Below, one piece after another: positions 53,551 to 61,710 of a stretch of 64,000 nt of DNA (positions are counted from its first letter, which is position 1; the number at the start of each line of letters is the position of its first letter). Both the position numbers and the translations under genes were made by a program. The stretch is from an uncultured Candidatus Rokubacteria bacterium (GTDB lineage: Bacteria; Methylomirabilota; Methylomirabilia; Rokubacteriales; CSP1-6): NCBI GenBank assembly GCA_963754315.1, contig CAVWFS010000007.1, positions 736,001-800,000 of the forward strand, read 5' to 3'. A model generated the notes under the pieces. The model was not told the DNA's origin and did not search any database. It was given only the letters and a program-made list of their open reading frames with translations.

Positions 53551-55446
53551 TCAGTACGTCAGGGTAAACGCCAGAAACGCCGAGTAGAGCAGGCCGCCCG
53601 GGAACGAGTTCGTGGTGCGTTCCAGCCCGTTGGCGCCGAACGTGAACTTCGTGTTGGAGTACAGATCCTGGAAGCCGCTTCCCACCTGCAGGGCCGCCAG
53701 ACCGGCCGAGATGATGACGTTATCGTTCAGGAACGGACGCCACCGCATACCGACGGAGTAGTCGATCCCGATGTTGTGGCCGATCTTGCTCTGGAAGAGC
53801 AGGTTCTCGAGCACCTTCGTGGTCTGAAACCGCAACAGATTGACGTTGATAAAGCTCTTGAGGGTGGGGGTCAAGTCCAGATCGACGCCGAAATTGAGGA
53901 GAAAGAGGCCGGGGTTGATAAAGTTCGGCTGACCCTCGATCTTGCTCGAGCGGAGATCGGGCACCAGACTGAAGGGCCCTTTCAGGGACAGCCCCGTGCT
54001 GGTCAGGGGCAATCCATTGCGCACCCAGTAGCTGAAGCCGTTGCCGGCGAAGTTGGGATTGTCGAAGATCGTATCGAACCCGCGGGCGACTGCGTCGTTG
54101 GGTGTCGGGTCCCCTGACGACCAGAAGAACGAGAGCTTCGGCCGAACCCAGTCGAAGTCCATGGAGAGCTCGAAGGCGGCCATCTGGGCGGAGAGCCGCT
54201 GGCCCTGGCCGCCGATCGGATCGTCGTCCTGGCCGCCCAGTACCTGGTAGAAGGCGTGGGTGATGTTGAGGGGGCCTATGTGGCCATCGCCGTTCCAGCC
54301 CAGCCACACCGCGTTGAGGACCTTGGGGGCGAGCGTCCCGATCGGGGCGGGGCGGGTGAGGAACCCGTTGCGATCGAAGTGCGTGTCACCCGCGTCGTTC
54401 AGGTAGTGGAGGTTCACCATGGCCGTGTACCCGGGCCAGATCAAGTCCTGACGGAAGAGATTGGCAATGAAGAGATTCTGCCCGCGAAAGTCGAAGAGCC
54501 GATTCAGGCCGCTATTGGTGTCCTTCTCCAGCGGTCGGAAATAGGCGGCGTTGAACTGGTAACGATTGGCATCGAAGTTCCCAAAGAGTCGAGCGCCGAG
54601 CTGGCTATCGCTGAAGATGAATCCACGGAAGTCGCTCTGAAAGAGCTGGATGCCAGCCCGGCTCGAGATGAAGTCGTAATTCGGGCTCAGGTCCGCGAGG
54701 TGGTACTCCACCAGCAATTCCTGAAGGCTGATGTACTCGTCGAGGCGGGTCGTGCCCCGACGCACGTCGATGTTCACCACCCCGTTCTCCTGGGCGCTCA
54801 AATAGTTCACGTTGAAGACGGGGGTGATACGGAACTCCCAGTCGCGCGGCCGGAAGGCGCTATCGCCCTTGAATAGCTCGATGGACGCGATGGCGTAGCT
54901 ACTGAAGAAAATCTGGTCGCCGCGCCCGAAGAAATCAAACTCACCCGAGCGGGCGGCGCTGACGTTACTCGGGGTCGGAATGCTCCGGAAGTTCACCACC
55001 GTGTCGAGGATGGCCGATACGTTGAGGAAAATATCTTGCCCGAGTATCGGGTAATCGCTCTTGAGCACATTTTGGTTGTAGGGGTCCCACCACCGCCCCC
55101 GGGCGAACGGGCTGTCGACCGGCCGGTCGAAGCGATTCCAGTTGGGCATGCCGATACGCCACCGGTCCAGGATCGGCACGAAATCCGGGCTGGTGGCGGT
55201 CGGGCCCGGCGTCAACGATCGGCCAGCGAACCCGAGAGGCTCCTCGGCCGGGGCCGGCGGGGCCGGCTCGGCACGGGGGGCATCCGCGGTGGCGGGGGGA
55301 GGCGAAGGAGTGGGGGCCGCCTCCGTTTCCTGACTCGGGGATCGGCGAATCCCCTGGGCGAGCAGGACGTCGGCAGTCTGGGCGCTGCCGGGAGCGGGAA
55401 GAATGGCCGCGAGCACGGCGCACCATAACAGTCGCCATCTCCGCAT
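53551..55446 (-). CDS. Outer-membrane beta-barrel protein (porin-like)
   Basis: Signal peptide; many amphipathic strands; terminal beta-signal LYSAFLAFTLTY. Confidence 0.82.
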   Translation of the reverse strand: MRRWRLLWCAVLAAILPAPGSAQTADVLLAQGIRRSPSQETEAAPTPSPPPATADAPRAEPAPPAPAEEPLGFAGRSLTPGPTATSPDFVPILDRWRIGMPNWNRFDRPVDSPFARGRWWDPYNQNVLKSDYPILGQDIFLNVSAILDTVVNFRSIPTPSNVSAARSGEFDFFGRGDQIFFSSYAIASIELFKGDSAFRPRDWEFRITPVFNVNYLSAQENGVVNIDVRRGTTRLDEYISLQELLVEYHLADLSPNYDFISSRAGIQLFQSDFRGFIFSDSQLGARLFGNFDANRYQFNAAYFRPLEKDTNSGLNRLFDFRGQNLFIANLFRQDLIWPGYTAMVNLHYLNDAGDTHFDRNGFLTRPAPIGTLAPKVLNAVWLGWNGDGHIGPLNITHAFYQVLGGQDDDPIGGQGQRLSAQMAAFELSMDFDWVRPKLSFFWSSGDPTPNDAVARGFDTIFDNPNFAGNGFSYWVRNGLPLTSTGLSLKGPFSLVPDLRSSKIEGQPNFINPGLFLLNFGVDLDLTPTLKSFINVNLLRFQTTKVLENLLFQSKIGHNIGIDYSVGMRWRPFLNDNVIISAGLAALQVGSGFQDLYSNTKFTFGANGLERTTNSFPGGLLYSAFLAFTLTY

Positions 55447-55672
55447 CGCCCTCTCCCCTTGGCGACCTCACGATCCGCACCCCAAAACCTTGTTCGACGC
55501 GAACCGGGAAGGCCGGCAGCATCCTAATCCGGTTTGTCTTGCGAAGTAAAGCGACTCATGGGTGATTGGCAGCGAACAAGGGCCCCTCGGGACGTTCCTG
55601 ATCGTAAGTCAAACGCGACGACAGTCCCTCTCGCTGAGGACCGCGGTCGGCTCGCCGGGCTCCGGGCTTGGA

Positions 55673-58600
55673 TCAGAAGACCGGAGGAAAAGGCATCGGT
55701 CGCCGGGGGGCGGTCCTTGGCGGCGGCGCAGCAGGTGGCTGCTCCACAGGCGGGGCCGGTTGCACGCGTGGCTGTGAAGGCTGCTCGCGCGGCTGCGTCC
55801 CCTCGGGCGGGGCCGGCTGCACGCGCGGCTGTGAGGGCTGCGCGCGCGGCGCCGGTTGCGCGCGCGGCGGCTGCTCCACGAGCGGGGGCGGCTGTACGGC
55901 AGGCGCTTGCTCAACCGGGGGTGGCGTCGACAGGGGGCGCTCGGGAGCCAGGGCCTGCCCTCTCATTGCAACGCGGACGCTATGTCTCGGGTCGTCCGAA
56001 CCGCGGGGGGCGTACGTCTGCTCGAAATTGATGGGTCCGACCGTTTGAGGAGAAAGCTGGAACGCCGCTCGGCAGCTCATCTTTGGCTCGAGGTGAGCTC
56101 CCCCGCATTCGTCGCGAACGACGGTCACCGACTCCGGTGCCCGCTGCGTCGCTTCCAGATCGACCGCCGCCTGGCCCTCGTTGACGATGGTGATCTGCCG
56201 CACCGAACCACGTTTGCCCACGGCGACAGCCCCGAGGGCCAGGCTGATCGTCGGCTGCCCGGTGCTTGACGAGGAGGCCGTGCCTTGACCCGAGACGACA
56301 AGGCGCGGAACCTCAGTCGGGCGTGGGGGCTCAACCGGTAGCGTGGCAGATCTCACGTCAGACTCGGGCGGCATCGCCGAGCTCACGAGGATGTCCACTC
56401 TTCTGTTCTGGGCCCGGCAGCTCTCGCTGTTCTCCGTGCACGCGGGAAAAGCCGCGCCGTAGCTGGTCATCGTGAAGCGGCTCGGCGCAATTCCCTTTCC
56501 GACGAGGTAATCCATGACGCTCTTGGCCCGGCGTTCACCGATTCCGAGCGCGGCGGTCGGGGCGGCCCCGGCCTCCTCCGCGGCATGTCCTGCAATGAAC
56601 CCGCGTCGATCGGGGTTTGACCGCATCCAGTCCGCAATCTGGTCCAGAATCTTCGTGTCGCCCGGCTGGACGTCGGACTTGTCGCCCTCGAAGAAGATCG
56701 GGCCGAATCCAACCGGCTGGACTGCGTCAAACCCGGCTGGAAGGGGAGGTCGAGGCACCACGCCCTGCGTGACCGGGCTCTCAGGCGCAGGCGGCGGCGG
56801 TTGGTCCGTCGATTCCCTAGGGGACCTATCGACAAGTGGCGCGGGGATATGCAACGGCGGCAAGAGCGCGAGGATGGCGGCCGTCGCCAGTGCGGCACTC
56901 ACCACGTTCACCCAGGGACGCAGTCCCAGGAACGCGTTGCCTCCGCGATACAGGGCGCGCAGCAACCACTTTGGCGCGACCGGCGTCAGCCTTCCGATCC
57001 GGCGCGCGGAGAGAAAGTGCAGGAAGATGTAGTCACGGAAAGGACTATCCTGAGGGACGATTTGCGCGACGGCCCGAGTGCGCCGAGCCATCTGCCATCG
57101 GCGCCACACCGCGCCAAGACGGGCCAGAAGCGACGCTGAGCCGGCCGCGTTCTGCGGCCGGCCGAGCGCGATGCGCAGCGGAGCGTTGAGGTTTCCCTCT
57201 TCGGCTATGTGCGAGAGCATCGCGTGGAGAAGCGCGCGGACACGGGCTTCGTCCCCCGAGCTCAGCCGTGACAGCAGCGCTTCCCGAAGCCAGTCGGGCA
57301 TGTAGGCCTCGCGAAACCAGACCAGGTGGGACAGTCGCGGGAGCAGGCGTTCGACCTCGACGGCATCTCGGGCGAGCCCCGAGACGAGGCGAAGCGTAAT
57401 TCCCCAGTGAATCTCGGGGTACACGGCGCATGCAGCGAGCCACACGAATCCTCGGGCGCCCAGATGCTCAAGCAGGGTTTGACAGAGCTGGTCAATGGTT
57501 TCCGGCGGCGGAGCGTCTCGCTCGAGCCAGCGTCGCGGATTCATGTCCAGCAGCGAGCGGGTCATGGTCGTGGGCCGAGCTGCGGTGATCGCGGCCGCGC
57601 CCAACTCATTCAGGCTGGGCCCGAGGGCGATCAGGCCGGCGCGCGAAAGAGGGAGGGTCACGAATCCAAGCTGTCCCAGGGCCCATTCGCGGTGGGCCCA
57701 GGTCTCGATCGGCTTGGGCGTGAGAATCACTCGCTCCGTCCATTCGGTCAAGGTCGTGACCCAGGACGCAGGCTCTCCGGTGAACGGATGGAAAAACTCG
57801 GCCCCATCGCTGAAGACGATGACGCGATGCTCGGGGTGGCGGGCCCGAAGCTCGTCAAGAGGCACCGCCAACCGCTCCGACCCGAGCCTGAGCGGTCCCT
57901 CACGCGGCCGACGGCACACGGTGGGGTCGCCATCGTAATCGTAGCGCTGGATCAGGACGTCGCTTCGCAGCAGCTCTCCGACCAGGGCGTCGGCCAGGCA
58001 GGCCTGGTGATCGGAGAGGCTCTCCCGATCGGTCAGCACGAGATAATCGGGCTCCACCCGGGAGCCGAAGACTGGCGTGAAAAGTCCGGTGTTGGCGATC
58101 GACGCGCCGATCGTGGCGGAGACGTCGATCTCAGTCGAGTGCACGCGACGGCGGCGCCGTAGGTCCTGAGTCAAGCGGCGTATCGGTAGATTCGGGAGAA
58201 GCGGGCGGACATCGCCGGACAGATAAACGTCGCGCAGCGTTTTGGGGGCGGCGCTAACGATACGCCTCAGGATCGGCCGGCGCCAGGCGCGCACCAGGAC
58301 CCAGATCACCAGGAGGAGAGCCGGTCCGGTGGCGATCAGGGCGTTGGTCCATCTCACGCGCCGCCATCCCGTCGGCGGTGCCGGCGTGACCGGGGCTCTC
58401 GTCGTGGGTGGCGTTGCCGATCGGTTCAGATGCAGGCTCGGCAGGGTGACGTCGGGCGAGAGCCACGCGAAGAGGAGGCGCGTCCGCCCATAGCCAGCCA
58501 GGGATTCGCCGACGCGCATCTGATGATCCTCGAAGCCCGCTTTGCGCACGGTGATGGTCGTCGGAAACCGACTGGCCCGGGACGGGATTTGAAATCGTCC

Positions 58601-59074
58601 AGACGCATCGGACACCGCCTTCTGCTCGCCGAGGGTGATCTCGGCTTCGGCGACTGCGCCGCCATCGACGACGACGGCGCCGCTCAGCAGACGCGGCCGC
58701 CAGTTCTGCCACCCGAACCAGACGGCGACCGCCACTGCGAGGGTGAGCGCCCCCAGAGCGAGGCGCCGCCCGTGTTGGGATCTGAGTGATCGCTTCGCCT
58801 GCGGCTCGGCTCTCGGCGCCGTCCGTGCCCCATCAGGGAGCCGTCGGGCCAGCCAGCGCTGGAAGATCTCGGGGTAACGCCGCTGCTCGTAGGGGGTCGT
58901 GCAAAAGATGGGGCCGAGATGTGAGGCCAATCGCGACGGATCATTCGGGAGTCTCCCCTCGGCCGCCAGGCGCACGAGCATCTGCTGGGCGAACAGGTAT
59001 TGATGGGTTGTGATACGGAAGTCGGCGTTCCGCAGCTCGTTGCCGAGATCGACCAGGTCTTCGAGGGCAAGCAC
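55673..59074 (-). CDS. MoxR-associated vWA-like protein with TM segments, a carboxypeptidase-regulatory-like loop domain, an OmpA-like peptidoglycan-binding domain, an Ig-like domain and a Pro/Gln tail
   Basis: GPIFCTTP.EQ..Y...F..W; EIDVSATI....G.FTP; YLVLTDR.S..DHQ; IVFSDG; WLAACAVYP..W; LVWFR..MPDWLR; OmpA IFFEGDKSD..GHA..LGIGERRAKSV..NRRVDI; GTG start at 59074. Confidence 0.82.
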   Translation of the reverse strand: MLALEDLVDLGNELRNADFRITTHQYLFAQQMLVRLAAEGRLPNDPSRLASHLGPIFCTTPYEQRRYPEIFQRWLARRLPDGARTAPRAEPQAKRSLRSQHGRRLALGALTLAVAVAVWFGWQNWRPRLLSGAVVVDGGAVAEAEITLGEQKAVSDASGRFQIPSRASRFPTTITVRKAGFEDHQMRVGESLAGYGRTRLLFAWLSPDVTLPSLHLNRSATPPTTRAPVTPAPPTGWRRVRWTNALIATGPALLLVIWVLVRAWRRPILRRIVSAAPKTLRDVYLSGDVRPLLPNLPIRRLTQDLRRRRRVHSTEIDVSATIGASIANTGLFTPVFGSRVEPDYLVLTDRESLSDHQACLADALVGELLRSDVLIQRYDYDGDPTVCRRPREGPLRLGSERLAVPLDELRARHPEHRVIVFSDGAEFFHPFTGEPASWVTTLTEWTERVILTPKPIETWAHREWALGQLGFVTLPLSRAGLIALGPSLNELGAAAITAARPTTMTRSLLDMNPRRWLERDAPPPETIDQLCQTLLEHLGARGFVWLAACAVYPEIHWGITLRLVSGLARDAVEVERLLPRLSHLVWFREAYMPDWLREALLSRLSSGDEARVRALLHAMLSHIAEEGNLNAPLRIALGRPQNAAGSASLLARLGAVWRRWQMARRTRAVAQIVPQDSPFRDYIFLHFLSARRIGRLTPVAPKWLLRALYRGGNAFLGLRPWVNVVSAALATAAILALLPPLHIPAPLVDRSPRESTDQPPPPAPESPVTQGVVPRPPLPAGFDAVQPVGFGPIFFEGDKSDVQPGDTKILDQIADWMRSNPDRRGFIAGHAAEEAGAAPTAALGIGERRAKSVMDYLVGKGIAPSRFTMTSYGAAFPACTENSESCRAQNRRVDILVSSAMPPESDVRSATLPVEPPRPTEVPRLVVSGQGTASSSSTGQPTISLALGAVAVGKRGSVRQITIVNEGQAAVDLEATQRAPESVTVVRDECGGAHLEPKMSCRAAFQLSPQTVGPINFEQTYAPRGSDDPRHSVRVAMRGQALAPERPLSTPPPVEQAPAVQPPPLVEQPPRAQPAPRAQPSQPRVQPAPPEGTQPREQPSQPRVQPAPPVEQPPAAPPPRTAPRRPMPFPPVF
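55725..55925 (-). repeat. Imperfect coding tandem repeat (QP-rich)
   Basis: GGCCGG(C/T)TGCACGCG(C/T)GGCTGTGA(A/G)GGCTGC repeated; encodes QPSQPRVQPAPP twice plus VEQ(A/P)P units. Confidence 0.7.
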
Positions 59075-59087
59075 GGCGGCCCTCGTG

Positions 59088-60071
59088 TTAGGAACCGAGG
59101 CGGCCCCGGACGAACTCCATGATCTCGTCGGCATCTTCACGCACCTTGGCCAAGGTGCTCAGGCTTGCGCGCAGCGCGGCGGGCGAAGCCACCACGGACT
59201 GGTCTTGGGCAGCCCCGCCTTCGACCAAGACGTGGAGCCAGTTGAGCAACTCGGCCGTGGACGGTGGCTTGCGGAGGTTCTGCTTGCGGATCTCCAGGAA
59301 GAGATCGATCGCGCTGTCCAGCAGCACGCTGGACCCGTCCTTGAACCCATCGAGCCGGCCTTGGATGATCGCCACCAATCGTTCCTTCCCGGGCGACGGG
59401 ATGTTGTAGTACACGCAGCGCCGCAGGAAGGCGTCGGGGAGATTTTTCTCGGAGTTGCTGGTCACGACGAGCACGGGTCGGTGATCTCGGTCGGCGCGGA
59501 TCTCCACGTTCCCCAGTTCGGGGACACGAAACGACATGCTCTCGACTTCGTTGAGCAAGTCGTTCGGGAAGTCCCGGGGGGCCTTGTCGACCTCGTCAAT
59601 CAGAACGACGCATCGGCGGCGCCCCCGGTGCACGAATCCCGGGGGCAGCCAGGGCTTCACCTCGACCTCGTCGTGAGAATGCAGAATGGCCAGGCCGAGG
59701 GCGTTGTACACGAGGTAGTCCAGGTTCTCCTGGCTGCCGTGGCCGACTTGCGCGGCGTGGAAGCGGCGCAGAGTGTCGAACGTGTAGAAAAGGTCGCGGG
59801 CGATGCTCGTGGACTTCGTGTTGAAGACGAGGGGTTCTCCGTAGCCGAGCTCCCAGGCCAGACGGAACGCCAGTTGGGTCTTGCCCGTACCCGGCTCCCC
59901 CGTCACGAGCAATGGCTGTCCCAGGACGAGCGCGACGTTGACGGCATCCACCAGGTCAGAGTCGGGCAGGTAGTGGGCGGGGTCCGTCTGCTTCTGACGA
60001 TCCGGCACCGGCAGGGCCAGCGGTTCGGACGGTGCTGCCTCGGCACGGCCACTGATGTACGGGAATCGCAT
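59088..60071 (-). CDS. MoxR-family AAA+ ATPase
   Basis: AVNVAL.LGQPLLVTGEPGTGKT, VVLIDEVDKAPRDFPNDLL, TSNSEKNLPDAFLRRC and KPPSTAELLNW. Confidence 0.93.
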   Translation of the reverse strand: MRFPYISGRAEAAPSEPLALPVPDRQKQTDPAHYLPDSDLVDAVNVALVLGQPLLVTGEPGTGKTQLAFRLAWELGYGEPLVFNTKSTSIARDLFYTFDTLRRFHAAQVGHGSQENLDYLVYNALGLAILHSHDEVEVKPWLPPGFVHRGRRRCVVLIDEVDKAPRDFPNDLLNEVESMSFRVPELGNVEIRADRDHRPVLVVTSNSEKNLPDAFLRRCVYYNIPSPGKERLVAIIQGRLDGFKDGSSVLLDSAIDLFLEIRKQNLRKPPSTAELLNWLHVLVEGGAAQDQSVVASPAALRASLSTLAKVREDADEIMEFVRGRLGS

Positions 60072-60086
60072 GGCTGCCTGCCTCGT

Positions 60087-61502
60087 CTATCGCACGGGAA
60101 GTTGCACGATCAGTTGCTGGAGCTTGTCGAACGCGATCTCCATGGGTAACGACTCGCGGTCCGCGAGAATCGTTTGCAACCGTTCGCTGGACACATGTCC
60201 GAGCCAGGGCCGGACGCGATCTCGCCAGCGATCGAGGTGGGCGAGCCTCACCGGGGGCAGTTCCGGAAGCACGTACCAGCTCAGCCGCTGATCGCGACCA
60301 TAGCTCTCCTCGCTTGCCGCCACGGCCTTGCGCAGCGACTCGTCGCCGTCCGGGGTCGATCTCCACCATTGGAGATACCGCAAGGGTCCGAGGCCCTCGC
60401 CAGGTCCTGCCTCGTACTTGACGCATACGACGGACACGATCAGGAACGAAGGCGGAAGATCAGAGAACCCAGCCCAGTACTCATACAGCTGCTGGAAGGG
60501 CTCTCCCGGCTCCCGCCCGGCCTCGGTGGCAAGGACCGTCACCACGGGAGCGATACCATTGAGACCCAGGCGCAGCATCGACTCCAGGAGCGCGCCGTCG
60601 TCGCGCGGATAGGCGATCTGGAGCTCATCGGCCAGTAGCATCCGGAACCCGTTGGCAAACGCAGCGCGAGCGGTCCCGCTCGGAAGTCGGCGAGTCATGT
60701 GCAGGAAAGGGACCTGTCGACCGAGGCCATGCCCGTTCAGGATCGACGGAAGCGTTTCGGCTCGGAGGCGATGCACGAAGGCCCGGTGGGCTTCGTTGGC
60801 AGGGCCGTGGAGGACAAACACCAGCGGGCGGCGACGCGGCTTGTCAAGACATGTGCTGAGCGCACTGCGCACGGCCTCTTCCTGCTCGTCGCGGTCGCAC
60901 AGACATGGCAGCAACTCGGGCGGCACCGAGCCCCGGCGCGTCGGTCCGGCCGGGGCGGCTTGATCTTCGGCACGCTCCGCCTCTGTGCCACGGACGGCGA
61001 TCCGGCCGGCTGCATCGCGAAGGGCGGTCTCCAACTTCTCGAGCAGCGACGGAATATCTGCGAACAGCCCTGCCAGTGATTTTCTGAGCTCGTCCTTGAA
61101 CCCTTTCAGCGGGGCCAGCACCTCGGGTCTTGTGAGGGCCTCGATCTGGTCGGAAGGCCAGCGGGCTTTCTCGCCGAGGATATACGGCAAGACCTCCTTA
61201 CCGGACTCCCTCGCCCATCGCACTTCCAGTCGTGTGATGCTGGCCGTACCGTCTCCGCCTTCCTCCCGCGCCGGCACCCACCCATACCGATGAGCGACCA
61301 GCACAACGAGGATGTCGCTGCCGACCACGCGCTCGCGGCACTCCTGGACGGACGGAGACCCACTCGGGGCCCAATCCCGATGGTCGATGGGAATCCACTG
61401 CAGACGCCTGACGACCTTGACGACCTCGTCGGCGAATTCGGCCAAGTCTTCGCCCGTATACGAGATGAAGACCCGGGGCGGACGACCCACAAGCTGACTC
61501 AT
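60087..61502 (-). CDS. DUF4062 (TIR/NDT-like) domain fused to an inactive STAND (iSTAND) domain
   Basis: RVFISYT..DL, C...V..SDILVVLVAHRYGWVP and SITRLE; then LLPCLCDR.EQ..RPLVFVLHG...EAH..FV.RL and LPEL.PV...HL..W. Confidence 0.8.
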   Translation of the reverse strand: MSQLVGRPPRVFISYTGEDLAEFADEVVKVVRRLQWIPIDHRDWAPSGSPSVQECRERVVGSDILVVLVAHRYGWVPAREEGGDGTASITRLEVRWARESGKEVLPYILGEKARWPSDQIEALTRPEVLAPLKGFKDELRKSLAGLFADIPSLLEKLETALRDAAGRIAVRGTEAERAEDQAAPAGPTRRGSVPPELLPCLCDRDEQEEAVRSALSTCLDKPRRRPLVFVLHGPANEAHRAFVHRLRAETLPSILNGHGLGRQVPFLHMTRRLPSGTARAAFANGFRMLLADELQIAYPRDDGALLESMLRLGLNGIAPVVTVLATEAGREPGEPFQQLYEYWAGFSDLPPSFLIVSVVCVKYEAGPGEGLGPLRYLQWWRSTPDGDESLRKAVAASEESYGRDQRLSWYVLPELPPVRLAHLDRWRDRVRPWLGHVSSERLQTILADRESLPMEIAFDKLQQLIVQLPVR

Positions 61503-61650
61503 CGCGCCAAGATCGGCCTCTCCCGCCTCCTACGACCGGGGAAAGGACATCATGCTTTCACCGATGATATCAGGTGTGGACGCAGGCGCGTTACAAGAAC
61601 AATTGGGGTTGTTCCTTCGAGCGGTCCGACGGCCAGCTCCGCCCCGAACG

Positions 61651-61679
61651 TTGACAGCACGGTGAGGGCGGGGTAGCGT
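61651..61679 (+). promoter_or_regulatory. Putative sigma70 promoter for the nuoEF-like operon
   Basis: TTGACA (61651-61656), 17-nt spacer, TAGCGT (61674-61679). Confidence 0.55.
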
Positions 61680-61710
61680 GTGGCCGTTCCGGGGGGCGAG
61701 GTAAGCGCTG

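Noticed and set aside
49479..55446. MtrAB/MtrC assignment
   Set aside because: Heme spacing, size and the LVIVD propeller do not match MtrA or MtrC, and I see no MtrB-specific motif; only the architecture is analogous.
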